The notes beneath the pieces were generated by a model. It searched no databases. It saw only the letters and a program-made list of their open reading frames with translations, and had not been told where the DNA came from. The translations under genes were made by a program, and so were the position numbers. Positions 29,996 to 40,667 of a DNA stretch of 64,000 nt are shown piece by piece. The DNA comes from Gammaproteobacteria bacterium (GTDB taxonomy: Bacteria; Pseudomonadota; Gammaproteobacteria; UBA4575). The stretch lies in NCBI GenBank assembly GCA_028279275.1, contig JANQOB010000020.1:1890-65889 (forward strand). Reading direction: 5' to 3'. How positions within the stretch are numbered: position 1 is the stretch's first letter; the number at the start of each line of letters is the position of its first letter.

Positions 29996-30916
29996 TTAGG
30001 GTAATTCTAGACTTGAAGATTTTACATCTATGCTATTTAAACTATTATTTTCAAATTGTAGTTGAAAAGACCAGAATACCTTACCACCTTCGTCGAAAGT
30101 GACATTCCAAGTGTTAGATTCAAGTAAACGGTCCCTGTCACTCGGCTCATTTTTTCTTAAATCGATTATTTCCTCGCTGATATTCTCTTGAGTAGAAATA
30201 TAAAAGGCCTGTAGTTCCCTTAAGCGGTGTATAACATCTGATTTACTATGACCGATTGCTAGGGTTTTAAAGTTACCATGATTAATGGTTTGAGATTTAA
30301 TTTGTTCGATAAGATTTTTCGCTTTGCTGCTGGCATATTCATAGAATAATTTAATCGCATTGTTTTTGATTTCATCGAGCTCGGAATCATTGTGATAGTG
30401 ATGTAATCCAAGTGCACCTTTGGGCTTTTGAGTTTTAGCGCCACTTTTGTAGAGAGGATAATCTGCTGCGCTATTCGAGTTAGGGCCATAGGGCCAATAG
30501 GCAATGGCTTTATAGCTCTTAGCGTTTTTACGTATGAGTTCAACAAACTCATCAGCACTCGTTCCTTGGGGTGGAGGTATCAGCTGATGAGAAACACCAT
30601 CCCCATCACGATTTAAAAATGCATCCCGATCTGCTTGATAGGTCGAACTTCCAGAATTTTCTGGATCATACTGAAATGCAAAGCCTTGTAATGAGTATTG
30701 GTTTTTTATGGAACTAGCGGTGTATACCCCACATTCATGGATAAATGTACCACAATGCTTGAATTCATCTGTCCAGGTTAAGTTTCTGCACACAAGCGAG
30801 GTGCAAATATTTTTCTTTGTAAATTTATTGGTCTCTTTAGTTTGGGTTGCACAAGAACAAAGGATGCATAAAGCAAATATAGAAACTGAGAAATATGCTG
30901 TTTTGCTCGACGACAT
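29996..30916 (-). CDS. Hypothetical lipoprotein, possible permuted papain-like domain
   Basis: Lipobox LCSC; HCG ... YWPYGPNSNS motif. Confidence 0.6.
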   Translation of the reverse strand: MSSSKTAYFSVSIFALCILCSCATQTKETNKFTKKNICTSLVCRNLTWTDEFKHCGTFIHECGVYTASSIKNQYSLQGFAFQYDPENSGSSTYQADRDAFLNRDGDGVSHQLIPPPQGTSADEFVELIRKNAKSYKAIAYWPYGPNSNSAADYPLYKSGAKTQKPKGALGLHHYHNDSELDEIKNNAIKLFYEYASSKAKNLIEQIKSQTINHGNFKTLAIGHSKSDVIHRLRELQAFYISTQENISEEIIDLRKNEPSDRDRLLESNTWNVTFDEGGKVFWSFQLQFENNSLNSIDVKSSSLELP

Positions 30917-30982
30917 GCTAGGAAATCCCTATAGTACGCATCTTTTGAAAATATATATCTACAATAGTTCAGGAATAGCACT

Positions 30983-32593
30983 TTGATTTCAACCGCAAAC
31001 ATAACCATGCAATTTGGCGCCAAGCCATTGTTCGAAAATATCTCCGTCAAATTTGGAGACGGCAATCGTTATGGATTGATTGGAGCTAATGGTTGTGGCA
31101 AATCTACTTTCATGAAAATTTTGGACGGCAGTCAAGTGCCTAGTTCTGGAAATGTTTCTATTTCACTTAATGAACGTGTAGGTAAATTAAATCAAGACCA
31201 GTTTGCATTTGAAGAGTGTAGCGTCATCGATACAGTAATTATGGGACATGCTCAATTATGGGAAATTAAACAAGAGCGTGAACGTATATATGCCTTACCT
31301 GAAATGTCCGAGGAAGATGGTATGAAAGTAGCGGAACTTGAGGTTCAGTTTGCTGAACTTGATGGATATAGCGCGGAAAGTCGTGCGGGCGAACTTCTAT
31401 TGAGCGTAGGCATAGCAGAAGAATTGCATAATGGTCCAATGAGCGAGGTAGCTCCTGGCTGGAAGCTACGCGTATTGCTGGTACAAGCCTTATTTTCTGA
31501 TCCGGATATATTACTGCTCGATGAGCCAACCAATAATTTGGATATTAACACTATCCGTTGGCTGGAAAATGTTTTAAATGAACGTAAAAGCACGATGATT
31601 ATTGTGTCTCATGATAGGCATTTTTTAAATGCAGTCTGCACACATATGGCAGATATGGATTATGGTGAACTGCGTGTTTATCCAGGTAACTATGATGATT
31701 TCATGCTTGCTTCCACCCAGGCAAGAGAACGTATACAGTCAGAAAATGCTAAAAAGAAAGCGCAAATTGCAGATCTACAGCAGTTTGTAAGTCGCTTTTC
31801 AGCGAATGCATCTAAGGCGCGGCAAGCAACATCGCGTATGAAGCAAATTCAAAAAATAAAATTAGATGATATAAAACCCTCCAGTCGTCGTAGTCCTTTT
31901 ATTCGTTTCAACCAAGAAAAGAAAATTCATCGGCAGGCGTTAAGCATTGAAGGATTAGGGCATGGATTTGACGGTGAATTGCTATTTAGTGACGGTGAAA
32001 TGATTATTGAAGCCGGGACACGACTGGCTGTAATCGGAGAAAATGGAGTAGGAAAAAGCACATTTTTGCGTTGCTTAATGAACGAGTTAAAGCCTGATCA
32101 TGGGAAAATTAAATGGTCTGAAAATGCAAGCTTGGGGTACTGTCCGCAAGATACAAGCACAGAATTTAATTGCGATCTAAGTTTATTTGATTGGATGACA
32201 CAATGGCGTAAACCTACTCATGATGATGAGGCTGTGCGTGCGACATTAGGCCGTTTGCTGTTTTCATCTGAGGATTTTAAAAAGCAAGTAAAAGTATGCT
32301 CAGGCGGAGAAAAAAATCGTTTGTTGTTTGGTAAATTGATATTGTCAGAGGCAAATGTTTTGTTAATGGATGAACCGACTAATCATCTAGACATGGAAAG
32401 TATAGAGTCATTAAATTTAGCGCTTGAATATTTTGAGGGCACTTTAATTTTTGTAAGCCATGATCGAGAATTTGTCTCTTCGCTAGCCAATTGTATAGTT
32501 GAAATTAAAGACCAGCAGATGCACTTATTTCGTGGCAATTATGAAGAATACTTAGCAACTCAAATAGAGGAAGAGCGAGTTGTTAATAGTTAA
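30983..32593 (+). CDS. ybiT: ABC-F family ATPase (YbiT-like)
   Basis: Two ABC domains with no TM; start [25 protein letters not shown], plus [10 protein letters not shown] and the [12 protein letters not shown] linker. Confidence 0.93.
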   Translation: MISTANITMQFGAKPLFENISVKFGDGNRYGLIGANGCGKSTFMKILDGSQVPSSGNVSISLNERVGKLNQDQFAFEECSVIDTVIMGHAQLWEIKQERERIYALPEMSEEDGMKVAELEVQFAELDGYSAESRAGELLLSVGIAEELHNGPMSEVAPGWKLRVLLVQALFSDPDILLLDEPTNNLDINTIRWLENVLNERKSTMIIVSHDRHFLNAVCTHMADMDYGELRVYPGNYDDFMLASTQARERIQSENAKKKAQIADLQQFVSRFSANASKARQATSRMKQIQKIKLDDIKPSSRRSPFIRFNQEKKIHRQALSIEGLGHGFDGELLFSDGEMIIEAGTRLAVIGENGVGKSTFLRCLMNELKPDHGKIKWSENASLGYCPQDTSTEFNCDLSLFDWMTQWRKPTHDDEAVRATLGRLLFSSEDFKKQVKVCSGGEKNRLLFGKLILSEANVLLMDEPTNHLDMESIESLNLALEYFEGTLIFVSHDREFVSSLANCIVEIKDQQMHLFRGNYEEYLATQIEEERVVNS

Positions 32594-34459
32594 TTATTGA
32601 TTAGAGTGAAATTCTTTATGTAGTTTACGTGCTTGCGTGGTCCACTTGTCACGCTTTACACGACCTTTATAAGTTTTTAGCTTACTGTCTAATACTTCAA
32701 TATCTTTGGCTGTAAATTCTGCTATTTGCTCAAAATGATAAACACCGAGACGATGTAGTTTACGTTCAAGTTTTGGTCCCACACCATTTATAAGTTGTAA
32801 ATCATCTAGTACACCAGAAGGGCGTTTCATACCCATTGGTTTAATGCGTCTTTTACTTGGTTTATGTGTAGTTTTTTTCCGCGTGTAAGTTCCGCCACGC
32901 ATTAATATTTTTGCTTGTTTAATCCATTCATCCCGATCGATACGCCCCTTAAAATTAAGCATATCATCTACAGTAGTCACATCTTTGCGTGAGAATCCAG
33001 CAATTTGCTCGAAATAAAAAATGCCACATTTATGCAAAGTTTTTTCAAGCGCTATCCCGATTCCTGAGATAAGTTTTAAATCATCAGGTTTGCGAGAGGC
33101 CTTTTTTAATCCATAAGATTTGATTTTTTGTTTAGTTGGGCTGCCATTACTAGCTTTGTTGTTCGATACAGTAGTGCTTTTCACTAAAGTAGTCTGCGTA
33201 TTTCCATTGACTTTTGATATGTTTTTGCCATTACCATTTATGTGAAAGATATTGCCACGATTTGATTCATTTATATGACCATTTCCATTTGCAATGCCGT
33301 TACCATTGCCATTTGATGCAACAGTCTTATTTGCAGGCTTTAGTATGGCTTTTTGTGCGTCTTTAATGAATTTTTCTAATTCATGAATATGCGCATTACG
33401 TGCAGATATTGTATTTTTTAAAGCAGGAATTTTTTGCTCTAAAGTCTTTAATTCTTGTTTTTGTTGAATGATTAGATTTTCACTTTTTTCCAGGTTATCT
33501 CGCAGCTGAGGAATTTCATTCGAAAGTTTAGTGATTTCGGTATTTAACGCTAAAATGCTGGCATCTCGCTTTTTGATACTATTCTCTAAATTTGGAATTC
33601 GACTACGTTCGTGTTCTAGCGCTTTCTGTAATTCCAATATTTCACTCTCTCTAGACTCAAAGCTTTTCTGTAGCCCGCTAAGCTCAGAAATATCTTGCTG
33701 AAGAGCAGTAATTATTTCATCACGTTGTTGTAATTCTGTACTAATCGTAACATTATCTTTTTGAGCATCTAGCTCAATTTGAAGATTAGATAAAGCTTCA
33801 TTTTTTTCACTTAATTCATTTTTTAAGTGAGTAAAGTCTACAATTTGAATTTCAAATTCTTTTTCGCGATTGTTTAGTTTGGCACGCAACGCCTTTATTT
33901 GTTCGTTTAATGCTTCATTCTGCTTTCTAGTTTCGTCAAATTTATTATGCAGGGTAGTAACTTCCTCTTGTTTATTTTTTAGCTCTAAATTATTTTCGTT
34001 ATACTTTTTTGTAGCTTTACCTAAAAGAGCTTTTAAACTGTCCACATCACTAGAATTTTCACGGAGTGAACCTAACTTATGTTTATGTGTTTTAAGTTCA
34101 TCTGAAGTGACATGAAGACGAGCAGTTGTTTGTCCCAGTAGATTTTTCAGTTGTTCAATTTCAGTATTTGTTGCCAGTGCTAAAGTCTCAGAAGTATTTA
34201 CCTGCTCTGATAACTTATTCTTCTCTATATTCAAGGCATCAATATGAGCTGCTCTGTTATTTAGTTCTTTATCCATTTCCGCTAACTTCGTAGTTGCGGA
34301 CTGATATTTAGCATCTAAATTTTTATATTGATGCTGCCAATCGTTTTCTATTTTTACTAAGTTACTTTTTAAGCGGCCCCAAATGACCCAACCAATTAAC
34401 AAACCCAATAAGAATGTAGCGGTTAGAGAAAAAATAATATTGGGAATTAAATAAGACAT
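32594..34459 (-). CDS. Membrane-anchored long coiled-coil protein with two C-terminal HhH-type domains
   Basis: N-terminal TM, about 340-aa coiled coil, NG-rich linker, then DDLKLISGIG...QIA...GRIDRDEW and DDLQLINGVG...QIA...GRVKRDKW. Confidence 0.85.
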   Translation of the reverse strand: MSYLIPNIIFSLTATFLLGLLIGWVIWGRLKSNLVKIENDWQHQYKNLDAKYQSATTKLAEMDKELNNRAAHIDALNIEKNKLSEQVNTSETLALATNTEIEQLKNLLGQTTARLHVTSDELKTHKHKLGSLRENSSDVDSLKALLGKATKKYNENNLELKNKQEEVTTLHNKFDETRKQNEALNEQIKALRAKLNNREKEFEIQIVDFTHLKNELSEKNEALSNLQIELDAQKDNVTISTELQQRDEIITALQQDISELSGLQKSFESRESEILELQKALEHERSRIPNLENSIKKRDASILALNTEITKLSNEIPQLRDNLEKSENLIIQQKQELKTLEQKIPALKNTISARNAHIHELEKFIKDAQKAILKPANKTVASNGNGNGIANGNGHINESNRGNIFHINGNGKNISKVNGNTQTTLVKSTTVSNNKASNGSPTKQKIKSYGLKKASRKPDDLKLISGIGIALEKTLHKCGIFYFEQIAGFSRKDVTTVDDMLNFKGRIDRDEWIKQAKILMRGGTYTRKKTTHKPSKRRIKPMGMKRPSGVLDDLQLINGVGPKLERKLHRLGVYHFEQIAEFTAKDIEVLDSKLKTYKGRVKRDKWTTQARKLHKEFHSNQ

Positions 34460-34585
34460 TTTAACTAAGCACTCCAGCTAAATTTTTAGATATCGCGATT
34501 TGTTGTTCTAATTTTGGTTTACTATTTTTTGACCAACCAGATATGAACTTTTATGACAACTTTCGACGTCAAACCAAGTGATAAT

Positions 34586-34617
34586 AATAGTACATTAACA
34601 ATTGTTAATGTACTATT
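34586..34617. repeat. Perfect 32-bp palindrome
   Basis: AATAGTACATTAACAA|TTGTTAATGTACTATT, with no loop. Confidence 0.9.
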
Positions 34618-34977
34618 TTTTGACGCAACTATGAGTGCTCAATAAATAAAAATTATTGGTAAGAATTTTAAAAATTTTAAGAATTTAGTTCTGAGCAAAT
34701 TGATTAAATTAAACTTAAAGTAAAAGATTAAAAAAAATCTGTAAGTTAAAATTATTAATCGAATCACAATGGGGAAATGATAAATTTAGTTTTATTATTA
34801 TGCATTTGCACATAATTTAAACATTGATACAGTCTTGAAAATCTACAAATTTATCTATCACATAAGCTAGAATTTAGAACGGTGAAGAATTAGTCAATTT
34901 AGAATGTAATGAGATTCATGTATTTCGTGTCTTAAATGAGCACAACTCTTATTTAATCAATCTTTATAAGCAACTTA

Positions 34978-36339
34978 ATGGAATATGCCCTAATCACTGT
35001 TGCAGGTGTGATAGCCATGCTCTCGATCGTATTGGCGCCAACTGCAAAGACCATAAATGCCTTTTTTTCAGGTGCTTCGCCTGAGGGTCAAGCTCCAAGT
35101 TTATTTACCCTAACGTTTTCACAAGTTACGACCTGGATATTTGCGCGTTCTTTAATGAATGCCGCTATTTTGGGATATTTTTATGGGCTCTGGGGCACGT
35201 TGGCTTATGCAGGTTACTATTTATCTTTCTTAACCGGCGGGAAAATTATCGACCAGCTGCGTTTTGAACAAGGGTTTAATAGCGTTCAAGAGTTTCTATT
35301 TGCACGTTTTGGCAGCATGGGGATGACTTGCTACAACATCGTTATCGTCATCCGTTTAATAAGCGAAGTATTCGCTAACTTGTTAGTAATAGGTCTATTG
35401 TTTGGAATGGCGGGGTCAAATGCTTATGTGTTATCCATCATCGTTTTTTCAGCGGCAACTCTATTGTATTCTATGATGGGTGGGTTGCATGCTTCATTGA
35501 AAACGGATGTCATGCAAATGAGCATATTTGTATTTGTATTGTTACTGTTAGTTGCGAGTGTGTTAGGTGGTGGGCAATTTGCCTTAGCAGATTTACTGTT
35601 CAAAGAATTTCAGTTTGACCAGCCTGGACCCATATTAATGTTAGTAGCATTGCTTCAAATTTGGAGTTATCCCCTACATGATCCTGTAATGATGGACCGT
35701 GGCTTTTTGGCAGATCGAGAAACTACACGTAAAAGTTTCTATCATGCCGCTTGGATTAGTATAGTGTGTATAATCACTTTCGGTTGTATCGGTGTATGGG
35801 CTGGGGCACATGCAAGTGAAGGTGATACGATGAATTCGGTATTGTTACGTATGTTGGGAGAGTGGCCAATGTTGTTATTCAGCACGACATTAGTGATTTC
35901 TGCTATGTCCACATTAGACAGCACTTTATCGAGTTCTTCAAAATTAGTCGTTGTAGACATGAAATTAGTCAACGCAAAAGTAAACAATGGGCGCCTAATC
36001 ATGTTAGCTTTCATGTTGCTTGGTTTATTATGTGTGTTTTTTGGGAGCCAAGATTTGTTTAGTGCGGTTGCAGTAAGCGGAACTGCATCACTATTTTTAG
36101 CTCCGGTGGTATTTTTTTCTATTTTTGCAAATCAAAAAAATATTCCTAACTGGAGTTATTTGCTTGCATTCATCATTGCGATGGCTGGTGCAAGTCTTTA
36201 TTTTCTAGAATCTTCGGGCCATACTCAGTTATTGGGTGAAATGCATAAATATACCAAGTTGTTATTTATCTCTTTAACTATTCTTATTGTTGGTTGTGGT
36301 TCGTTCTTTGTTGGTAAATTATTGCATCAAAATAAATAA
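34978..36339 (+). CDS. Sodium:solute symporter family transporter
   Basis: About 13 TMs; GGLHASLKTD and SAMSTLDS motifs. Confidence 0.88.
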   Translation: MEYALITVAGVIAMLSIVLAPTAKTINAFFSGASPEGQAPSLFTLTFSQVTTWIFARSLMNAAILGYFYGLWGTLAYAGYYLSFLTGGKIIDQLRFEQGFNSVQEFLFARFGSMGMTCYNIVIVIRLISEVFANLLVIGLLFGMAGSNAYVLSIIVFSAATLLYSMMGGLHASLKTDVMQMSIFVFVLLLLVASVLGGGQFALADLLFKEFQFDQPGPILMLVALLQIWSYPLHDPVMMDRGFLADRETTRKSFYHAAWISIVCIITFGCIGVWAGAHASEGDTMNSVLLRMLGEWPMLLFSTTLVISAMSTLDSTLSSSSKLVVVDMKLVNAKVNNGRLIMLAFMLLGLLCVFFGSQDLFSAVAVSGTASLFLAPVVFFSIFANQKNIPNWSYLLAFIIAMAGASLYFLESSGHTQLLGEMHKYTKLLFISLTILIVGCGSFFVGKLLHQNK

Positions 36340-36361
36340 GTAAAGTTGAGGCAATATTCAA

Positions 36362-36847
36362 GTGAAACAAATAACATTTGTTTTACTAATACTTTATTTA
36401 TTCAGTCTAGTCTCTTGTGACGACTTTACTTTTTCTAATGTATATGAAGGTAAAGTTGTTAAGGTTTTAGACGGTGACTCATTCAATATTCTTCATCAAG
36501 GTAAAGTAATTCGTATTCGATTAGCAGAAATTGACGCGCCCGAGTATGGTCAGGTAATGTGGGAAAAATCCAAACTTGCATTAGAAAGATTTGTCGCTGG
36601 CAAATTTGTTGTAATTGAAGAATTTGATCGGGATCAATATGGGCGTATTGTTGGACATGCCTATGTTAAAGAAACCTGGATCAATGCCAAGCTTGTGCAA
36701 CAGGGTCATGCATATGTATATACACGTTATGCTGTTTCTAAAAAATTGTATGAATTTGAAGCAGAAGCACAAAAACATAAACGTGGGGTTTGGTTATTAT
36801 CTGAACATGAAAGAGTTAAACCATGGGAATGGCGTAAACAGAATTGA
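36362..36847 (+). CDS. Thermonuclease (SNase) family lipoprotein
   Basis: LVSC lipobox; DGDS, IRLAEIDAPE, DQYGR and PWEWRK motifs. Confidence 0.92.
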   Translation: MKQITFVLLILYLFSLVSCDDFTFSNVYEGKVVKVLDGDSFNILHQGKVIRIRLAEIDAPEYGQVMWEKSKLALERFVAGKFVVIEEFDRDQYGRIVGHAYVKETWINAKLVQQGHAYVYTRYAVSKKLYEFEAEAQKHKRGVWLLSEHERVKPWEWRKQN

Positions 36848-36920
36848 TGGTTTAAGACATAAAGTAATCATTTACTTGCATGTAATTAAATATATTTTAC
36901 GAGACATATTTTCATTTTTG

Positions 36921-36949
36921 GTGTCATAAAAGCATCACAGTTTGTTAAA
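36921..36949 (+). promoter_or_regulatory. Possible Pho box upstream of phoX
   Basis: GTGTCAT-AAAA-GCATCAC-AGTT-TGTTAAA: degenerate repeats at 11-bp spacing. The match is weak but the context fits. Confidence 0.35.
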
Positions 36950-37042
36950 GAAAAATTCATTTTGTGGTAAATATTTTTAAACAAGCACGGCATACAGTGA
37001 ACATCCTATCTAAGTAATTAAAATCTGTAGGGAGAGAACTGC

Positions 37043-38959
37043 ATGTCTCAAGAATACAAACAAGATCTTAGCGACAATGCCATTTGTAACCAAACTGGCA
37101 ATGTCCCATTTTACAAAGTTTTAGAAGCTCGTCTTTCAAGGAGAGATATATTAAAAGGTGGATTAGCTGGTGCGGCAACCACTTTCTTTGCAGCAGCTTC
37201 ACCTGTAACTTATGCAAGCAAGGTTGGATTTAATCCCGTACCAATTGCTGAAGGCTCAGGACCATGGCCAAGTATCTCGTCGGACTACCAATGGGATGTT
37301 TTAATTCCTTGGGGAGAACCACTAGAGCCAGATGGACCTGCTTTTAACTACCCACCCAATTCAGCGGATCAAGCCAAACAGATTGGTATCGGTCATGATG
37401 GTATGTGGTACTTCCCGATTAAAGACAGAGAAAGTAATCGATGCGGTTGGGATGTTTGGGATTGGAATGATTATCAAAGTTGGCCCAAAAATATGGAGAA
37501 CCCTGCTTACACACATGGTAATTGGCATGGCGTGCTTTGCATTAATCACGAATTTGGACGCAATACACATGTGCTAGGCAAAGAAGCACCTGAAAGCTTA
37601 GAAGATGTTCGCGTCTCACAACATGCACACGGAGTTTCTGTTGTTGAAATTAGAAAATCTGGTGGGGGTCCGAGCGGCAAATGGAGTCAAATAGAAAGTG
37701 ATATTGCGCGACGTGTCCACGTCAACACACCTGTAGAATTTAGTGGCCCCGCTGCAGGTTCTGATCTGCTAAAAACTCCAAACGGAAACATACCATTAGG
37801 AACAGTCAATAATTGTGCGAATGGTTACACCCCTTGGGGAACATATTTAACCTGCGAAGAAAACTTCAATGGTTATTTTGGTGCTAATGGTGAGTGGACT
37901 GCTACACCGGAACAAGAGCGTTATGGCTTCAGTGAAGCTGGCTTTGGTTATGGTTGGCATATTTTTGATAAACGTTTTGATTTGTCTGATCCTGATTATC
38001 AGAACGAAGAAAATCGTTTTGGTTGGGTAGTTGAAATTGATCCAATGGATGGAACCTCAAAACCTGTAAAGCGCACTGCTCTAGGTAGAGTAAAACATGA
38101 AGGTATCGCACTAACGATAGGATTAGACGGACGTGTTGTAGGTTACATGGGTGATGATCAACGATTTGATTACATCTATAAATTTGTATCTGAAGGTAAC
38201 TGGCGTGAGATGCTTCATGCAGGTAAAAGTCCTTTAGATTACGGCAAGCTTTATGTAGCACGCTTTAATGACGACGGAACCGGTGATTGGTTAGAACTCA
38301 CTATTGATAACCCTGATATTGCACAACGTTTCAGTAGTCAAGATGAAGTATTAACGTATGCACGTATCGCTGCAGATATATTAGGTGCGACCCCAATGGA
38401 TCGGCCAGAATGGACTACGGTAGGGCCAGATGGACTTGTTTACTGTACGTTAACCAATAATAGCCGTCGTGAAGTAGCGAATGCAGCAAATCCTTTAGCT
38501 CCGAATGCAGATGGGCATATTATTCGCTGGAAGGACACTGAGAGATTTACAGGTCTGCATTTCGATTGGGACATCTATCTAATTTCACAATCTACTCACG
38601 GCACTGAAGACACCTTTAGTGACCCGGACGGAATATGGGCTGATCCGGATGGCCGCCTGTTTATCCAAACTGATGGTGGTCAAACAGATGGTGGAGAAGA
38701 AGTTGTACTCAACAACCAAATGTTAGTATCTGATACGCGAACGGGTGACTTACGTCGCTTATTTACTGGTGTTGCCGGTGATGAGATTACCGGCATTGCG
38801 GTAACGCCTAATCGTAAAACTATGTTCATCAATACTCAGCATCCTGGAAATGGTGATCCATCTCTTACTAACTTTCCTGCGCCAGTTGATGGTGTGACAG
38901 TCCCTCGAGACTCAACAATAGTTATCACGCGTAAAAATTTTGGAACTATTGGTACTTAG
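37043..38959 (+). CDS. phoX: Tat-exported PhoX-family alkaline phosphatase
   Basis: Tat signal SRRDILK; HDGM, INHE, NNCANGYTPWGTYLTCEEN, MDRPE, PDG and QHPG motifs. Confidence 0.93.
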   Translation: MSQEYKQDLSDNAICNQTGNVPFYKVLEARLSRRDILKGGLAGAATTFFAAASPVTYASKVGFNPVPIAEGSGPWPSISSDYQWDVLIPWGEPLEPDGPAFNYPPNSADQAKQIGIGHDGMWYFPIKDRESNRCGWDVWDWNDYQSWPKNMENPAYTHGNWHGVLCINHEFGRNTHVLGKEAPESLEDVRVSQHAHGVSVVEIRKSGGGPSGKWSQIESDIARRVHVNTPVEFSGPAAGSDLLKTPNGNIPLGTVNNCANGYTPWGTYLTCEENFNGYFGANGEWTATPEQERYGFSEAGFGYGWHIFDKRFDLSDPDYQNEENRFGWVVEIDPMDGTSKPVKRTALGRVKHEGIALTIGLDGRVVGYMGDDQRFDYIYKFVSEGNWREMLHAGKSPLDYGKLYVARFNDDGTGDWLELTIDNPDIAQRFSSQDEVLTYARIAADILGATPMDRPEWTTVGPDGLVYCTLTNNSRREVANAANPLAPNADGHIIRWKDTERFTGLHFDWDIYLISQSTHGTEDTFSDPDGIWADPDGRLFIQTDGGQTDGGEEVVLNNQMLVSDTRTGDLRRLFTGVAGDEITGIAVTPNRKTMFINTQHPGNGDPSLTNFPAPVDGVTVPRDSTIVITRKNFGTIGT

Positions 38960-39017
38960 TTTATAAATTTCACCCCAAGCTGCCTTTTATACTAAAAATA
39001 ATCAGGTAGCACCCACT

Positions 39018-39046
39018 AAAAAGCCTCGGTATACCGAGGCTTTTTT
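39018..39046. terminator. Bidirectional intrinsic terminator
   Basis: AAAAAGCCTCGG-TATA-CCGAGGCTTTTTT. Confidence 0.88.
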
Positions 39047-39065
39047 ATTTATCTATTACAACAAT

Positions 39066-39314
39066 TTAAAAAATTATGAGGAGTAGAAAAAACAAGAAAA
39101 CAGCGCCATAAATTCCCATGAATAGCCAATATTCGGTCTCTTCTGAGTTGCGGTATTTTTTTACAACCCAGTTATCCATCTCTATTACACTGGCGAGTAA
39201 ACCTTTGTCGTAATTTTTCACCCAAACTGCTTGACTCAACCAACCTTCAACTAAAAGAAAGCCTGTAAACAAAAGACCAATCAGAAAAATAAGAGATTGT
39301 AAGAGTATTAGCAT
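39066..39314 (-). CDS. Small two-TM hypothetical protein
   Basis: Hydrophobic N- and C-terminal helices. Confidence 0.55.
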   Translation of the reverse strand: MLILLQSLIFLIGLLFTGFLLVEGWLSQAVWVKNYDKGLLASVIEMDNWVVKKYRNSEETEYWLFMGIYGAVFLFFLLLIIF

Positions 39315-39427
39315 GATCTACCCATAGCCCTAAGCTTGAAAAGCTGAACACCTAGTTTAGTGATTGATTTGAAGGCAGATATAACGTCTATGCCTAAATT
39401 GTCATGTTTGAACGATAGAATGCCTGA

Positions 39428-39781
39428 TTATTGATCTGACCATACGGCATATTCGTTTTCGTTTGGGTCAGCAAAATGGAAACGTTTGCCGCCAGGGAAA
39501 GAGAAAATATCCTCAATAATTTTACCACCCGCCTGTATGACTTTTTCCTGAGTCTGTTTTAAAGTACTACTGTAAAAAACAATCAAAGCACTACCATTTT
39601 GTGTTGAACAATTATGCTCAGATGTGAAAAAACCACCATTCAATCCCTCGTTTTCGAATGCAGTATAGTCAGGACCATAATCAGTAAATGACCAGTTAAA
39701 AGCTTTACTGAAAAATTTTTTTGTTGCTTGAATGTCTTTTGCTGGAATCTCCACGTAATTAATTTTTTCATGAACATTCAT
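39428..39781 (-). CDS. VOC/glyoxalase family protein
   Basis: INYVEIPA...FTDYGPDY...FSFPGGKRFHFADP. Confidence 0.92.
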   Translation of the reverse strand: MNVHEKINYVEIPAKDIQATKKFFSKAFNWSFTDYGPDYTAFENEGLNGGFFTSEHNCSTQNGSALIVFYSSTLKQTQEKVIQAGGKIIEDIFSFPGGKRFHFADPNENEYAVWSDQ

Positions 39782-39914
39782 AAGGTTTCTCTATTAGAAT
39801 TGTGTTATCGGTATGCGATATTTATTAATTGTCAAATTAACTTGTAATAAAATAATAACAAATACCTGTCATATAAAAGTTAACCATACACCTAGATTAA
39901 AATGAGGGCCAACC

Positions 39915-40667
39915 ATGACGAATTCATACGATATTAAAGGCAAGACAGCACTTGTTACAGGTGCCAACCGCGGCATTGGTAAAGCGATAGTCGAAGTATT
40001 CTTAGACAAAGGCGAAGCTAAAAAAGTTTATGCCGCAGTAAGAAATTTAGAGTCTGCTAAACCTTTGCAGGAACAATATGGAAATAAAATAGAAGTGATA
40101 CAAATAGATTTAGAAAATCCAGATACGATTGAGCAAGCTGCGGCTAAAGCGACCGATGTAGAGATAGTGGTCAATAATGCTGGAGTCCTAAAAACGTCTA
40201 CACCTTTGGATGCTGGAGCCTTGGATACGATGAGTTATGAAATGGATATGAATGTGAATGGCTTAATTCGAATGGCACAAGCATTTGCACCCATCTTAAA
40301 AGCGAATGGTGGGGGCGCATTAATCCAATTAAACTCAGTCGCATCAATGAAGAGTTTTGCACCTTTTGCAACTTACTCTGCTTCAAAGGCGGCAGCCTAT
40401 TCCATCACACAAGCACTGCGTGATTTATTAAAAGAACAAGGTACAACGGTAGTAAGTGTGCATCCTGGTCCGATTGCAACCGATATGGCAACAGACGCTG
40501 GAATTGGAGAAATTGCTGAGCCTCCGAGCCTGGTAGCCGATAGTATTCTAGCTGCTCTAGAAAAAGGTGAATTTCATGCGTTTCCAGATACTATGGCTAA
40601 GCAGTTTGAGGGTGCCTATCAAGGCTTTGCAGAGAATATTGTGAACGCCAACCTACTAGAAGGCTGA
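39915..40667 (+). CDS. Short-chain dehydrogenase/reductase
   Basis: [12 protein letters not shown] and YSASK motifs. Confidence 0.93.
   Translation: MTNSYDIKGKTALVTGANRGIGKAIVEVFLDKGEAKKVYAAVRNLESAKPLQEQYGNKIEVIQIDLENPDTIEQAAAKATDVEIVVNNAGVLKTSTPLDAGALDTMSYEMDMNVNGLIRMAQAFAPILKANGGGALIQLNSVASMKSFAPFATYSASKAAAYSITQALRDLLKEQGTTVVSVHPGPIATDMATDAGIGEIAEPPSLVADSILAALEKGEFHAFPDTMAKQFEGAYQGFAENIVNANLLEG

Noticed and set aside
28446-32593. ttcA and the ABC-F gene as part of the translation-stress system
   Set aside because: They lie 14-18 kb away, are common housekeeping genes, and show no shared leader or attenuator.
34460-34977. Riboswitch or sRNA upstream of the SSS transporter
   Set aside because: Very AT-rich region with no recognisable aptamer or terminator; only the palindrome is reported.
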